DNA of 64,000 nucleotides from NCBI RefSeq assembly GCF_056712565.1, contig NZ_CM160072.1; one strand, 5' to 3'. Shown piece by piece: positions 22,075 to 35,801 of this stretch (position 1 is its first letter; each line of letters starts with the position of its first letter). The notes under the pieces were generated by a model. It saw only the letters and a program-made list of their open reading frames with translations, ran no database searches and was not told where the DNA came from. The position numbers and the translations under genes were made by a program.

Positions 22075-23262
22075 ATGAATGATGTAAACATCGGGAAAGA
22101 TAATTCTCGGCACTCGTTTGTTTTCACAGGCAAAGGTGGTGAGTATTTTCTTATTTGTCTTGTGAATTTTTCACTGACAATTATTACTCTGGGAATATAT
22201 GGACCGTGGGCATTGATAAAATGCCGTCGTTATATTTATCAACATGTGACACTCAAGGGGCAACCATTTAGTTATAAGGGAACAGGTGGTGCCATTTTTG
22301 TTAGCATGTTACTTATTGTGGTGGTTTATCTTCTCAGTATTTCTTGTTTTGCAGGTCAACACTTTGCGCTCGGTTTATTCCTGTTTGCTCTCTTGATCTG
22401 CGGTATTCCTTGTATGGCAGTGAAGAGTCTGCAGTATCAGGCGAACATGACCTCACTGAATGACATTCGCTTTGGCTTTAACTGCTCAATGATGCGTGCA
22501 TGGTGGGTTATGCTAGGACTGCCTGTTCTGTTGGCGTTAGTTTTTTGGTTCGCACTGTATCTTATTGCACAAGTGACGACATCGATAGGAGGGTTATTCT
22601 TTAACTTAGTCGCATTAAGTTTGCTTTCTGCCATCGGGCTAGGTGTTGTCCATGGTATAACCTATAGTAAATGGATGCCATTGCTGGGTAATAATGCAAC
22701 TTTTGGCATTCATAAGTTTTCTATTCAGGTAAACGTAAAAGAATGCATTAAAGGTTGCATGCTCGCAATATTAACCATGGTTCCTTTCATCATTGTGATT
22801 GGTATTATGATCGCACCAGTATTCCAGCAGTTAATGATGATGACCATGTTGGGTAGGTCTGATGCTGGCAGTGAGTTTGTATTACAATATTACCCGCAGA
22901 TTATGGCTTCTTATTTCCTGTATTTTGTCGCGATCCTTGTTTTTGCCAGTTATCTCTATGTCACGTTACGCAATCTGTTTTTGAATAATCTGACGCTGGC
23001 AAATGGGACAATTCGTTTTCATTCATCTGTTACCGCGATCGGTATGCTTCTGCGCATGTTGGCGGTATTAATGGGGTCCTCAATTACCTGTGGTCTGGCT
23101 TATCCCTGGCTGAAAATGTGGATGGTTAGCTGGATTGCTAACAATACCCATGTCCAGGGCGACCTTGATTCGCTGGAGTTAACCAATGATGACAAACCGC
23201 AGGATAGCGGTTCGTTAATGTGGATATCTCGCGGTATTATGCCGTATGTTCCGTTTATCTAA
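22075..23262 (+). CDS. yjgN: DUF898-family inner membrane protein
   Basis: 395 aa polytopic membrane protein; no recognisable catalytic motifs. Confidence 0.8.
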   Translation: MNDVNIGKDNSRHSFVFTGKGGEYFLICLVNFSLTIITLGIYGPWALIKCRRYIYQHVTLKGQPFSYKGTGGAIFVSMLLIVVVYLLSISCFAGQHFALGLFLFALLICGIPCMAVKSLQYQANMTSLNDIRFGFNCSMMRAWWVMLGLPVLLALVFWFALYLIAQVTTSIGGLFFNLVALSLLSAIGLGVVHGITYSKWMPLLGNNATFGIHKFSIQVNVKECIKGCMLAILTMVPFIIVIGIMIAPVFQQLMMMTMLGRSDAGSEFVLQYYPQIMASYFLYFVAILVFASYLYVTLRNLFLNNLTLANGTIRFHSSVTAIGMLLRMLAVLMGSSITCGLAYPWLKMWMVSWIANNTHVQGDLDSLELTNDDKPQDSGSLMWISRGIMPYVPFI

Positions 23263-23269
23263 ATAAAAA

Positions 23270-23297
23270 GGCCGGAGCATGCTCCGGCCTTCGTTTT
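23270..23297. terminator. bidirectional terminator between yjgN and valS (ggccggagc-atg-ctccggcc + ttcgtttt)
   Basis: perfect stem-loop with T-rich tail. Confidence 0.75.
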
Positions 23298-23308
23298 CAC
23301 TATGAGTA

Positions 23309-26164
23309 TTACAGCGCGGCGATAACAGCCTGCTGTTCAATCAGCTTCGCTTTCGCTTCTGCGTAGCCTTCCAGCTTCTCACGCTCTTTCGCGATGACCG
23401 CTTCCGGTGCGCGGGCGACAAAGCCTTCGTTCGCCAGCTTGTTCTCAATACGGCTGATTTCGCCTTCGATCTTCGCTACTTCTTTCGCCAGACGTGCCAG
23501 CTCATCTTCTTTGTTGATGAGGCCTGCCATCGGGATCAGCAGTTCTGCGCCGTCGACGATCTTTGTAACGGAAACCGGACCTTTATCATCAGCAGGCAGC
23601 ACGGTGATGCTTTCCAGACGCGCCAGCGTTTGCAGGAAGCCGCGGTTTTCATTTACGCGACGTTCTGCATCCGCGCTGCAACCACGCAGCAGCAGCTCCA
23701 GCGGTTTACCCGGCGCGATGTTCATTTCTGCACGGATGTTACGTACAGCAACGATCGCCTGTTTCAGCCACTCGGTGTCGGCCAGTGCCGCTTCATCAAC
23801 CTGAGACGCATCGTACTGCGGGAACGGCTGCAGCATGATGGTGTCGGCAGTGATACCGCAAAGTACTTTCACGCGCTGCCAGATGGTTTCGGTGATGAAC
23901 GGAATGATCGGATGCGCGAGGCGCAGCAGACCTTCCAGTACAGTCACCAGCGTATGGCGAGTACCGCGCAGTTCGGCTTCTGTTCCACCGTTCATTACCG
24001 GCTTGGTCAGCTCCAGATACCAGTCACAGAACTGGTTCCAGGTGAATTCATACAGAATGCCTGCGGCGATATCGAAGCGGAAGCTGTCCAGCGCTTCGCG
24101 GTACGCTTTGATGGTCTGGTTGAACTCCGCCAGAATCCAGCGATCCGCCAGCGACAGCGTCATTTCACCGCCGTTGAAGCCGCAATCCTGACCTTCCGTG
24201 TTCATCAGCACAAAACGGCTGGCGTTCCACAGCTTGTTACAGAAGTTACGGTAGCCTTCCAGACGCTTCATATCCCAGTTGATGTCACGACCGGTAGAAG
24301 CCAGCGCCGCCAGGGTGAAGCGCAGCGCGTCAGTACCGTGCGGCTCAATGCCGTTCGGGAACTGCTTCTCGGTGCGCTTACGGATTTTGTCCGCCAGCTG
24401 CGGCTGCATCATATTGCCGGTACGTTTTTCCAGCAGTTCCGGCAGCGAAATACCGTCAACCATATCCAGTGGGTCAATCACGTTACCTTTGGATTTGGAC
24501 ATCTTCTGGCCTTCGTCATCACGAATCAGGCCGGTCATGTAAACGGTGTGGAACGGCACCTGCGGTTTGCCATTTTCATCTTTGATGAAGTGCATGGTCA
24601 TCATGATCATGCGGGCAATCCAGAAGAAGATGATGTCAAAACCAGATACCATCACGCTGGTTGGGTGGAACTGGCGCAGTGCGTCGGTGTTTTCCGGCCA
24701 GCCGAGTGTAGAGAAAGTCCACAGCGCGGAGGAGAACCAGGTGTCGAGAACGTCTTCATCCTGACGCAGCGCAACATCAGCACCGAGGTTATTTTCTTTA
24801 CGCACTTCGTCTTCGTTGCGGCCAACATAAACATTACCCGCTTCGTCATACCATGCCGGGATACGGTGACCCCACCATAGCTGACGAGAGATACACCAGT
24901 CCTGAATATCGCGCATCCAGGAGAAATACATGTTTTCGTACTGCTTCGGTACGAATTGAATGTCGCCATTCTCAACCGCTTCAACTGCCGGTTTCGCCAG
25001 TACATCGGCACGCACGTACCACTGGTCGGTCAGCATCGGTTCGATAACCACGCCACCACGGTCGCCATAAGGAACGGTCAGGTCGTGCGGTTTAATTTCT
25101 TCCAGCAGGCCGAGCGCGTCAACCGCAGCAACGACTGCTTTACGTGCAGCAAAACGCTCCAGTTTCTGGAACTCTGCCGGGATTTCGCTGGAATAAACGT
25201 CAGATTCGTTACCTTTGGTATCGAACACCTGGGCGCTTTCACGGATATCGCCGTCAAAGGTCAGGATGTTGATCATCGGCAGGGCGTGACGTTTACCGAC
25301 TTCATAGTCGTTAAAGTCGTGCGCTGGGGTGATCTTCACGCAGCCAGTGCCTTTTTCCATGTCGGCGTGTTCGTCGCCAACGATCGGAATACGACGGTTA
25401 ACCAGTGGCAGAATGACATATTTGCCAATCAGATCTTTATAACGCGGATCTTCCGGGTTAACGGCCACGCCAGTATCGCCCAGCAGGGTTTCCGGACGGG
25501 TAGTCGCAACCACCAGATAATCTTTACCGTCTGCGGTTTTCGCGCCGTCAGCCAGCGGATAGCGGATGTGCCACATCGAACCTTTCGATTCGCGGTTTTC
25601 CACTTCCAGGTCGGAGATAGCGGTGCGCAGTTTCGGGTCCCAGTTTACCAGGCGTTTGCCACGGTAAATCAGGTCTTCTTTATACAGACGAACGAAAACT
25701 TCTTTCACCGCATTGGACAGGCCTTCGTCCATGGTGAAGCGTTCACGCTCCCAGTCGACGGAGTTGCCGAGACGGCGCATCTGACGGGTAATGGTGCCGC
25801 CTGATTCCGCTTTCCATTCCCAGATTTTGTCGATGAAAGCTTCGCGGCCGTAGTCGTGACGGGTTTTACCTTCTTCTGCGGCAATCTTGCGCTCAACGAC
25901 CATCTGGGTAGCGATCCCGGCGTGGTCAGTACCGACCTGCAACAGGGTGTTTTTGCCCTGCATGCGCTGATAGCGGATCATGGTATCCATGATGGTTTGC
26001 TGGAAGGCGTGACCCATATGCAAACTGCCGGTGACGTTCGGCGGCGGGATCATGATGCAGAAACTTTCCTGGCTTTCATCGCCATTAGGCTTAAAGTAGC
26101 CCTGCTTTTCCCAGTGCTCGTAAAGCGGCTGTTCGATATCTTGTGGGTTATATGTCTTTTCCAT
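23309..26164 (-). CDS. valS: valyl-tRNA synthetase
   Basis: 951 aa; HMGHA (HIGH-class) and KMSKS motifs; C-terminal coiled coil. Confidence 0.97.
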   Translation of the reverse strand: MEKTYNPQDIEQPLYEHWEKQGYFKPNGDESQESFCIMIPPPNVTGSLHMGHAFQQTIMDTMIRYQRMQGKNTLLQVGTDHAGIATQMVVERKIAAEEGKTRHDYGREAFIDKIWEWKAESGGTITRQMRRLGNSVDWERERFTMDEGLSNAVKEVFVRLYKEDLIYRGKRLVNWDPKLRTAISDLEVENRESKGSMWHIRYPLADGAKTADGKDYLVVATTRPETLLGDTGVAVNPEDPRYKDLIGKYVILPLVNRRIPIVGDEHADMEKGTGCVKITPAHDFNDYEVGKRHALPMINILTFDGDIRESAQVFDTKGNESDVYSSEIPAEFQKLERFAARKAVVAAVDALGLLEEIKPHDLTVPYGDRGGVVIEPMLTDQWYVRADVLAKPAVEAVENGDIQFVPKQYENMYFSWMRDIQDWCISRQLWWGHRIPAWYDEAGNVYVGRNEDEVRKENNLGADVALRQDEDVLDTWFSSALWTFSTLGWPENTDALRQFHPTSVMVSGFDIIFFWIARMIMMTMHFIKDENGKPQVPFHTVYMTGLIRDDEGQKMSKSKGNVIDPLDMVDGISLPELLEKRTGNMMQPQLADKIRKRTEKQFPNGIEPHGTDALRFTLAALASTGRDINWDMKRLEGYRNFCNKLWNASRFVLMNTEGQDCGFNGGEMTLSLADRWILAEFNQTIKAYREALDSFRFDIAAGILYEFTWNQFCDWYLELTKPVMNGGTEAELRGTRHTLVTVLEGLLRLAHPIIPFITETIWQRVKVLCGITADTIMLQPFPQYDASQVDEAALADTEWLKQAIVAVRNIRAEMNIAPGKPLELLLRGCSADAERRVNENRGFLQTLARLESITVLPADDKGPVSVTKIVDGAELLIPMAGLINKEDELARLAKEVAKIEGEISRIENKLANEGFVARAPEAVIAKEREKLEGYAEAKAKLIEQQAVIAAL

Positions 26165-26607
26165 TATTTCCAGGTTGCCGTATTCAGGTTGAAACCAGCC
26201 ACGCGGTAGGCTTTATAGCGTTCGCGCGCCAGTTGTTTCAGAGAATCTTCATAAGGAACGAAGTCTACCACTTCTGTGAAAGCGGTGGCAAAATCTGCAA
26301 AGCTTGTTCGCAGACTAATCAATATATCGCGCGGGCTGCTGCTGCGCTTTTGCGGCCAGGCGATCTCCACCGGCGCACCGCCGCGCGGTCCTTCTCCCGC
26401 TAAATTATGCGGAACAAAGCTTTCTGCCGGACGCGCCCACAGGGCTTCATCCAGTCGGTAAGCCTGCTTTTCATCTTCACAGGCGATGAGTACGCGCTTA
26501 CCACTGCGCCAACGTTCTGCGGCAATTTCACACACCAACTGCTCAACGGCGCTTAAGCCATCGACGGTGGTGTCATTGTCCAGAAGGTAGAACGTTGCGT
26601 TTTTCAT
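26164..26607 (-). CDS. holC: DNA polymerase III chi subunit
   Basis: 147 aa; overlaps valS start by 1 bp (translational coupling). Confidence 0.93.
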   Translation of the reverse strand: MKNATFYLLDNDTTVDGLSAVEQLVCEIAAERWRSGKRVLIACEDEKQAYRLDEALWARPAESFVPHNLAGEGPRGGAPVEIAWPQKRSSSPRDILISLRTSFADFATAFTEVVDFVPYEDSLKQLARERYKAYRVAGFNLNTATWK

Positions 26608-26619
26608 ATATGGGGCTTC

Positions 26620-28378
<1,759 letters not shown>

Positions 28379-28641
28379 CTACGCTCCTGAATCTTAAAGA
28401 CAACGGCGGTGGCTACAGATAGAATTGCAAGCTTTCGTAACTCATGTCCGCTGTTGCGATGACTTCGTGTTAATCTTAACGTTATTACGGCATTGGCACG
28501 TCAGAACAAAATCTGAGAGGTGAATCCGTTGAGTATAATTATCTTAGCGACGATTTCGACGACTCAAGAGAATAAATGACGTTTAAGCCATGAAACAAGC
28601 TAAAATCCTGCAAAAGACGAGTTTTTACGGGCGTATTTAAA

Positions 28642-29742
28642 GTGATAATCATAAGATATCTGGTGCGGGAGACGCTCAAAAGCCAGCTGGCGATACTCTT
28701 CATCTTGCTTTTGATCTTCTTCTGTCAAAAGTTAGTGAGGATCCTCGGCGCAGCGGTTGACGGCGATATTCCGGCGAACTTGGTGCTCTCCCTTCTCGGG
28801 TTGGGCGTGCCGGAAATGGCGCAGCTTATCCTGCCATTAAGCCTGTTCCTCGGGCTGCTGATGACGCTGGGCAAACTGTATACCGAAAGTGAAATTACGG
28901 TAATGCATGCCTGCGGTCTGAGCAAAGCGGTGCTGGTGAAACCGGCAATGATCCTTGCGGTGTTCACGGCAATCGTCGCGGCGGTTAACGTGATGTGGGC
29001 GGGACCATGGTCATCGCGTCATCAGGATGAAGTGTTAGCAGAAGCGAAAGCGAACCCTGGCATGGCGGCGCTGGCGCAAGGGCAATTCCAGCAAGCGACT
29101 AATGGCAGCTCGGTGCTGTTCATCGAAAGCGTTGACGGCAGCGATTTCAAAGATGTGTTCCTCGCGCAAATTCGACCAAAAGGTAATGCACGACCTTCTG
29201 TGGTGGTGGCCGATTCCGGACATTTAACCCAGCTGCGCGACGGCTCCCAGGTCGTCACTCTCAACCAGGGAACGCGCTTCGAAGGCACTGCACTGTTACG
29301 TGATTTCCGCATTACGGATTTCCAGGATTATCAGGCGATCATTGGTCACCAGGCGGTGGCGCTCGACCCGAACGATACCGACCAGATGGACATGCGCACA
29401 TTGTGGAACACTGACACCGATCGTGCTCGCGCAGAACTGAACTGGCGTATCACGTTGGTGTTCACCGTGTTTATGATGGCACTTATGGTCGTACCGCTGA
29501 GCGTGGTTAACCCGCGTCAGGGGCGCGTACTATCGATGCTGCCAGCCATGCTGCTGTATCTGTTGTTCTTCCTGATCCAGACCTCCCTGAAATCGAACGG
29601 CGGTAAAGGTAAGCTGGACCCGACGCTGTGGATGTGGACCGTTAACCTGATTTATCTGGCTTTGGCGATTGTTCTCAACCTTTGGGACACCGTGCCGGTC
29701 CGCCGCCTGCGCGCCAGTTTTTCGCGTAAAGGAGCGGTGTGA
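28642..29742 (+). CDS. lptF: LPS export ABC permease LptF
   Basis: 366 aa from a GTG start (MIIIRYLVRET); YjgP/YjgQ permease family. Confidence 0.92.
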   Translation: MIIIRYLVRETLKSQLAILFILLLIFFCQKLVRILGAAVDGDIPANLVLSLLGLGVPEMAQLILPLSLFLGLLMTLGKLYTESEITVMHACGLSKAVLVKPAMILAVFTAIVAAVNVMWAGPWSSRHQDEVLAEAKANPGMAALAQGQFQQATNGSSVLFIESVDGSDFKDVFLAQIRPKGNARPSVVVADSGHLTQLRDGSQVVTLNQGTRFEGTALLRDFRITDFQDYQAIIGHQAVALDPNDTDQMDMRTLWNTDTDRARAELNWRITLVFTVFMMALMVVPLSVVNPRQGRVLSMLPAMLLYLLFFLIQTSLKSNGGKGKLDPTLWMWTVNLIYLALAIVLNLWDTVPVRRLRASFSRKGAV

Positions 29743-30824
29743 TGCAACCTTTTGGCGTACTTGACCGCTATATCGGTAAAACTATTTTCACCACCATCAT
29801 GATGACGCTGTTCATGCTGGTGTCGCTGTCCGGCATTATCAAGTTTGTCGATCAGCTGAAAAAAGCCGGGCAGGGGAGTTACGACGCGTTAGGCGCAGGA
29901 ATGTATACCTTGCTGAGCGTGCCGAAAGATGTGCAAATCTTCTTCCCGATGGCGGCTCTGCTTGGGGCGTTGCTTGGTCTTGGGATGCTGGCGCAGCGCA
30001 GCGAACTGGTGGTGATGCAGGCTTCTGGTTTTACCCGTATGCAGGTGGCGCTGTCGGTGATGAAAACCGCCATTCCGCTGGTCTTGCTGACGATGGCGAT
30101 TGGTGAATGGGTCGCGCCGCAGGGCGAGCAGATGGCGCGTAACTACCGTGCGCAGGCGATGTACGGCGGCTCGTTGCTCTCTACCCAGCAAGGTTTATGG
30201 GCGAAAGATGGCAACAACTTCGTCTACATTGAGCGGGTTAAAGGTGACGAAGAGTTAGGTGGCATCAGTATTTATGCCTTTAACGAGAATCGTCGTCTGC
30301 AATCCGTACGCTATGCCGCTGCCGCGAAGTTTGACCCGGAACATAAAGTCTGGCGTCTGTCGCAGGTTGATGAATCTGATTTGACCAATCCGAAACAGAT
30401 CACCGGTTCGCAGACGGTGAGCGGCACCTGGAAAACCAACCTCACGCCAGACAAACTGGGCGTGGTGGCGCTGGACCCGGATGCACTCTCTATCAGCGGT
30501 TTGCACAACTATGTGAAGTATCTGAAGTCGAGCGGTCAGGATGCCGGACGTTATCAGCTCAACATGTGGAGCAAAATCTTCCAGCCGCTATCCGTGGCGG
30601 TGATGATGCTGATGGCGCTGTCGTTCATCTTTGGCCCACTGCGTAGCGTACCGATGGGCGTGCGTGTGGTCACTGGTATTAGCTTCGGTTTTGTCTTCTA
30701 CGTACTGGACCAGATCTTCGGCCCGCTGACGTTGGTTTACGGCATCCCGCCGATCATCGGCGCACTGTTGCCAAGCGCCAGCTTCTTCTTAATCAGCCTG
30801 TGGCTGTTAATGAGAAAATCGTAA
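29742..30824 (+). CDS. lptG: LPS export ABC permease LptG
   Basis: 360 aa from MQPFGVLDRY; overlaps lptF stop. Confidence 0.92.
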   Translation: MQPFGVLDRYIGKTIFTTIMMTLFMLVSLSGIIKFVDQLKKAGQGSYDALGAGMYTLLSVPKDVQIFFPMAALLGALLGLGMLAQRSELVVMQASGFTRMQVALSVMKTAIPLVLLTMAIGEWVAPQGEQMARNYRAQAMYGGSLLSTQQGLWAKDGNNFVYIERVKGDEELGGISIYAFNENRRLQSVRYAAAAKFDPEHKVWRLSQVDESDLTNPKQITGSQTVSGTWKTNLTPDKLGVVALDPDALSISGLHNYVKYLKSSGQDAGRYQLNMWSKIFQPLSVAVMMLMALSFIFGPLRSVPMGVRVVTGISFGFVFYVLDQIFGPLTLVYGIPPIIGALLPSASFFLISLWLLMRKS

Positions 30825-30838
30825 CCGAATGAACGAAT

Positions 30839-30862
30839 AAAGGGAGCGAAAGCTCCCTTTAT
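30839..30862 (+). terminator. terminator after lptG (aagggagc-gaaa-gctccctt)
   Basis: perfect 8-bp stem followed by tattatt. Confidence 0.6.
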
Positions 30863-30984
30863 TATTGTTAGCAAAGTGTGTTTCGTTCATGCCTGAAAGA
30901 TCATGAAAATTCAATATATTGCAGTAGTGTAGGCCTGATGCGGCGCGCCAGCGTCGCATCAGGCAAAGACAAATCGCACCTGGC

Positions 30985-32487
30985 TTACCTTCTTCTCCCC
31001 CCCAGCAAACTCCCCAACATCCCGCGCACAATCTGATTCGTCACCTGGCGGGCGGCGCTTTTTGCCATTGTTTGCACCACACCATCTTTCTTCCCGCCGC
31101 GTGGTCCGGTAGTGCCAAACAAAATATCCTTCAATCCACCGAGAATACCGTCATCCACCGCCACCTCTTTCCCTTTCGCGGGAGGATTATTTTGCTGCTC
31201 GATACTGGCCTGAAAGCCTTTTTGCAACATCTCATAGGCGGATTCCCGGTCCACGTCATCCTCGTACTTGCCATACACCGGGGAGTGGTTAATCAAGCCA
31301 TTGCGCTCATCTTCCGTCACCGGCCCCATTCGTGAACAGGGGGCAATCACCATCGCCCGTTCCACCACTGAAGGGCTTCCTTTCGCATCGAGAAACGAGA
31401 TTAACGCTTCGCCCGTCCCCAGTTCCTGGATTGCCTTTTCGGTATCAAATGTTGGATTGGCCCGCATGGTTTGCGCCGCTGCCTTCACTGCTTTCTGATC
31501 TTTAGGCGTAAAAGCACGCAAAGCGTGTTGAACGCGATTACCGAGCTGCCCGAGCACGTTATCCGGGATATCTGACGGGTTTTGCGAAACGAACCAGACG
31601 CCCACGCCTTTTGAGCGAATAAGCCTTATCACCTGCTCAATCTTATCCAGCAGTACCTGCGGTGCATCGTTAAACAGCAGATGCGCTTCGTCGAAGAAAA
31701 ACACCAGTTTTGGTTTCTCCAGATCGCCCGCTTCCGGCAATTGTTCATACAACTCTGAAAGCATCCACAGCAGGCTGGCGGCGTACAGTTTCGGCATCTG
31801 GTAGAGCTTCTCGGCGCTGAGGATATTGATAACGCCTTTACCGTTGGCATCGGTGCGCATCCAGTCTTTGATATCCAGCATCGGCTCACCAAAGAAGTGT
31901 GCTGCGCCTTGCTGTTCCAGCGACAACAGCCCGCGCTGGATGGCACCAACCGATGCACTACTGATATTACCGTACTGATTCTGGAAGGATTTGGCGTTAT
32001 CGCCGATGTACTGGGTAATTGCCCGCAGATCTTTAAAGTCGAGCAGCAACAATCCCTGATCGTCAGCAATGCGGAAAATGATATTCAGCACGCCAGATTG
32101 CACATCGTTGAGATTCAACAGTCGTGCCAGCAACAGCGGCCCCAGATCCGAAACCGTCGCCCGCACCGGATGGCCTTTCTCGCCAAAGATATCCCACACC
32201 ACCACCGGATTAGTATGAGGTTGCCAGTCATTTACGCCGATATTTTTAAGCCTTGCGAGCAGTTTTTCCGAAGATGTACCTTCCTCCGCAACTCCCGTTA
32301 AATCACCTTTCACATCAGCCATAAACACAGGCACGCCGATTTCCGACAATGACTCCGCCAGTTTTTGCAGCGTAACGGTTTTACCCGTCCCCGTTGCGCC
32401 GGTAATCAGCCCATGGCGGTTAGCCATTCCCGGCAGTAAAAACAGTTCTGTGTCCGGCGTGCGGGCAATTAACAGGGGTTCGCTCAT
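30985..32487 (-). CDS. yjgR: DUF853 P-loop NTPase (HerA/FtsK-like ATPase)
   Basis: 500 aa; Walker A GATGTGKT near the N-terminus. Confidence 0.85.
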   Translation of the reverse strand: MSEPLLIARTPDTELFLLPGMANRHGLITGATGTGKTVTLQKLAESLSEIGVPVFMADVKGDLTGVAEEGTSSEKLLARLKNIGVNDWQPHTNPVVVWDIFGEKGHPVRATVSDLGPLLLARLLNLNDVQSGVLNIIFRIADDQGLLLLDFKDLRAITQYIGDNAKSFQNQYGNISSASVGAIQRGLLSLEQQGAAHFFGEPMLDIKDWMRTDANGKGVINILSAEKLYQMPKLYAASLLWMLSELYEQLPEAGDLEKPKLVFFFDEAHLLFNDAPQVLLDKIEQVIRLIRSKGVGVWFVSQNPSDIPDNVLGQLGNRVQHALRAFTPKDQKAVKAAAQTMRANPTFDTEKAIQELGTGEALISFLDAKGSPSVVERAMVIAPCSRMGPVTEDERNGLINHSPVYGKYEDDVDRESAYEMLQKGFQASIEQQNNPPAKGKEVAVDDGILGGLKDILFGTTGPRGGKKDGVVQTMAKSAARQVTNQIVRGMLGSLLGGRRR

Positions 32488-32564
32488 GAGATTTCCTCCA
32501 GTTTCCTGCCTGGAGTATAGGCAACGTCCGGCAAAGAGAATATGTGTAATGCAGAGAAAATAAC

Positions 32565-33563
32565 CTAAAGCGTGTTACCGTGATAAATCTGATACCCGAG
32601 GTCAACAGTGTTGTGGTTGTGATCGTTATTCTTAATTTTGCTCAGCAACATTTGGGCGGCCATCCGACCAATATCAAAACGGGGAGTAATTACGCTGGCG
32701 AGGCTTGGGATCATTTGCCTGCCAATCTCCAGCCCATGAAAACCCGCAATGGAAATTTGTTCTGGCACGGCGAGGTTTCGCTCGCGGCACAGCAGAAGCG
32801 CACCCATCGCAATATCGTCATTGGTGCAAAATACACCGTCTAAATCCGGGTTTGCGCTAAGGGCATCACGCATTAACTGCATTCCTAAATGAATGGATGA
32901 GATGGCGCGTGGATTCATGCGTAATGGGGAAAGATTATGCAGCATCATCGCATCGCAATACCCCTGATAACGCTGTTCATCGCGGGTGTCATCTTTGGAA
33001 CCGAGATACAGAATTTTGCGCCTGACTCGCTTATCCAGCATGGTACACACCATGTCAAAAGCAGCCTGCCGATTATCAAAACCGACCTCCATATCCAGCC
33101 GTTCTCCCTGTACATCCATCAATTCCACGACCGGAATGGTGGCTGAACGCAGAAATTTCACCGTCCTGATGGTGTGATATTTTTCCGAAAGAATAATCCC
33201 GTCAATGTTATAAGAGAGCAGGTTAATCACCGACTCTTCTTCGGAATCGCGATCGTAATTGTAATTAGCAATAATGGTCTGATAATTATGCACAGAGGTG
33301 ACGGATTCTATTCCCGCGAGAATGTCAGCGAAGAGTTGATTTTGAAATGACGGAATCAAGATACCGAGGGTATAACTTTGTGCATTCAACAACATGCCGG
33401 GAGCGCGATTAGGGATATAATTGATCTCTTCCATAATTTTGGCGATGCGCTCGCCTGTTTCCTTTGCCACCTTTTTCGGCGAGCGGATATAACGACTCAC
33501 GGTCATTTTTGTTACGCCAGCCAGCGTAGCGATATCCTGTAAAGAAATTCTGTGATTGCGCAT
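32565..33563 (-). CDS. idnR: L-idonate regulon regulator (LacI/GntR-type)
   Basis: 332 aa from [15 protein letters not shown] plus periplasmic-binding-like domain. Confidence 0.9.
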   Translation of the reverse strand: MRNHRISLQDIATLAGVTKMTVSRYIRSPKKVAKETGERIAKIMEEINYIPNRAPGMLLNAQSYTLGILIPSFQNQLFADILAGIESVTSVHNYQTIIANYNYDRDSEEESVINLLSYNIDGIILSEKYHTIRTVKFLRSATIPVVELMDVQGERLDMEVGFDNRQAAFDMVCTMLDKRVRRKILYLGSKDDTRDEQRYQGYCDAMMLHNLSPLRMNPRAISSIHLGMQLMRDALSANPDLDGVFCTNDDIAMGALLLCRERNLAVPEQISIAGFHGLEIGRQMIPSLASVITPRFDIGRMAAQMLLSKIKNNDHNHNTVDLGYQIYHGNTL

Positions 33564-33629
33564 AACTTCTCCCAACGTCGGGGGAATCTTCAATCTTCCC
33601 CCGAAACTACATCACAATATTTTATTCTT

Positions 33630-34949
33630 TCAGTGCAATACGGCGTTAATGGCTAACACGCCCAGCAAACCCATAATAGAAATAAGGGTTTCCATCACCG
33701 TCCAGGTACGCAACGTTTCACCAACCGTCAGATTAAAATACCCTTTAAATAGCCAGAAGCCAGGGTCGTTTACGTGTGACGCGATCACGCTGCCCGCACC
33801 GGTTGCCAGTACCATTAAAGCGGGATCGGCATGGGTAACGTTGATAATCGGCAACACCACACCCGCGGTGGTAATGGCCGCGACGGTGGCAGAGCCCAGA
33901 GCGATACGCAACAGCGCCGCAACAGTCCAGCACATCAATAACGGCGAAAGCGTAGTTCCGGTCATTAAGTGTGAAATATACTGCCCGACACCGCTATCTA
34001 CTAATACCTGCTTAAACGCGCCGCCGCCAGCGATAATAAACACAATCATCGCGATAGCGCCTATAGAATCCCCAATGATATCCATGATTTGCTCGATGGT
34101 GCGTCCATTACGTCGGCCCAGTGTGAAAATCGCAATAACAATGGCAATAAACAGCGCAACGGCAGGGTTACCGACAAATTCAAAGAAGAGGCGCACGGTG
34201 TTAGTTTTCGGTAACGTAATTTCACAAACGGCGGCGATAGCCATCAGGATGACCGGGATCACTGCAGCAAAAATACTGTTCCAGAAGGAGGGCATCTCCT
34301 CTTCGCTAAACAGATGAGGATTAAATAAGCCTTCCGGTGGTGCTTTCTCAAAGCGAGTTAGCAGTTTAGAAAACAGCGGTCCTGCGACAATAACTGTCGG
34401 AATGGTAATGATAAATCCATACAGTAAAGTCGTTCCGAGATTAGCCTCAAAGATAGTCGCGATGGCAGTAGGCCCTGGATGTGGCGGCAGAAAACAGTGG
34501 GTTACAGAGAGCGCTGCTACCATCGGTACGCCAACATACAACAGGGGTAATCCAGATGATGCCACGATGGTAAATACCAACGGCAACAGCAGGACAAAAC
34601 CCACTTCAAAAAACATGGCGAGGCCCACAACCAGACCGGTGATCACTAGCGCCCATTGCACGCGTTTTTTACCAAAAGTAGCAATCAGCGTAGTGGCGAT
34701 ACGTTGTGCCGCGCCCGTATCAGAAATCAGCTTGCCTAACATGGCCCCGAAACCGAGGATCATTGCCAGCCCGCCGAGTGTGCTGCCGATACCATTTTGT
34801 ATAGAGTGCAGGACGGCCTGTGCATCCATCCCTTCGGCAAATCCGACGACGGCAGCGACCAGAACGAGGGCAATAAAGCCGTTAACTTTAAAGCCGATCA
34901 TCAGGATAAGAAGCAGCGCGACGCCTGCCGCAATAATGATTAATGGCAT
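33630..34949 (-). CDS. idnT: L-idonate/5-ketogluconate/gluconate transporter (GntP family)
   Basis: 439 aa polytopic GntP-family permease. Confidence 0.9.
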   Translation of the reverse strand: MPLIIIAAGVALLLILMIGFKVNGFIALVLVAAVVGFAEGMDAQAVLHSIQNGIGSTLGGLAMILGFGAMLGKLISDTGAAQRIATTLIATFGKKRVQWALVITGLVVGLAMFFEVGFVLLLPLVFTIVASSGLPLLYVGVPMVAALSVTHCFLPPHPGPTAIATIFEANLGTTLLYGFIITIPTVIVAGPLFSKLLTRFEKAPPEGLFNPHLFSEEEMPSFWNSIFAAVIPVILMAIAAVCEITLPKTNTVRLFFEFVGNPAVALFIAIVIAIFTLGRRNGRTIEQIMDIIGDSIGAIAMIVFIIAGGGAFKQVLVDSGVGQYISHLMTGTTLSPLLMCWTVAALLRIALGSATVAAITTAGVVLPIINVTHADPALMVLATGAGSVIASHVNDPGFWLFKGYFNLTVGETLRTWTVMETLISIMGLLGVLAINAVLH

Positions 34950-35013
34950 AGTCTTTATCTCTTATTAGTGCCAGAAAAGCAGCGCTTTCGCGCTGCACGT
35001 AGGGTAGTAGCTG

Positions 35014-35778
35014 TTAAACAGCCACTAACATGCCGCCATCAACAAACAACAGGTGGCCGTTTACGAAATCAGAGGCTTTTGAAGAAAGGAACACCGCAGC
35101 ACCAATCAGTTCCTGCGGATCTCCCCAGCGTGCGGCGGGGGTCCGTTTGCACAACCAGGCGGTGAAGGCTTCGTCCTCAACCAGTGCTTTAGTCATTTCT
35201 GTTTTGAAATAGCCCGGCGCAATACCGTTGACCTGAATATTGTGGCGCGCCAGCTCGACGCACATGCCGCGGGTGAGCATTTTTACCGCCCCTTTCGATG
35301 CGGCATAAGGGGTGATGGTGTCACGTCCCAGTTCGCTTTGCATCGAGCAAATATTAATAACTTTACCTGCCTTGCGTTCAACCATGTGACGAGTTACCGC
35401 TTGCGACACCAGGAACACGGCGGTCTGGTTTACTGCGATCACATCATTCCACTCTTGTTCAGGGAACTCAGTAAAAGGATGACGGCGCTGGATACCGGCG
35501 TTATTCACCAGCACATCAATGGGGCCGATGTCCTTTTCGATATGTTCAACGGCGGCATCAATTTCATGTTTATGAGTAACATTAAAAGGTGCGGCAACGG
35601 CCTGAATACCCTCCTGGTGGAGTTTTTCTACAGCAAGTTCTGCGCGTTCGGCAGTAATATCATTAATAATTATTTGTGCGCCATATTTACCCAGGCCGGT
35701 CGCCAGTAAAAAGCCAATGCCCTGTGCTGAACCGGTAATCAAGATATTTTTTCCTGCCAGTGAAAATAGATCGTTCAT
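35014..35778 (-). CDS. idnO: 5-keto-D-gluconate 5-reductase (SDR)
   Basis: 254 aa; SDR glycine motif ITGSAQGIG and catalytic YxxxK (YAASKGA). Confidence 0.92.
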   Translation of the reverse strand: MNDLFSLAGKNILITGSAQGIGFLLATGLGKYGAQIIINDITAERAELAVEKLHQEGIQAVAAPFNVTHKHEIDAAVEHIEKDIGPIDVLVNNAGIQRRHPFTEFPEQEWNDVIAVNQTAVFLVSQAVTRHMVERKAGKVINICSMQSELGRDTITPYAASKGAVKMLTRGMCVELARHNIQVNGIAPGYFKTEMTKALVEDEAFTAWLCKRTPAARWGDPQELIGAAVFLSSKASDFVNGHLLFVDGGMLVAV

Positions 35779-35801
35779 TGTATTATTCCTTTATTTATCT
35801 C

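Noticed and set aside
23630-25804. Long + strand ORFs (416 aa, 282 aa and others) antisense to valS
   Set aside because: Antisense stop-codon-poor frames inside valS; no independent evidence
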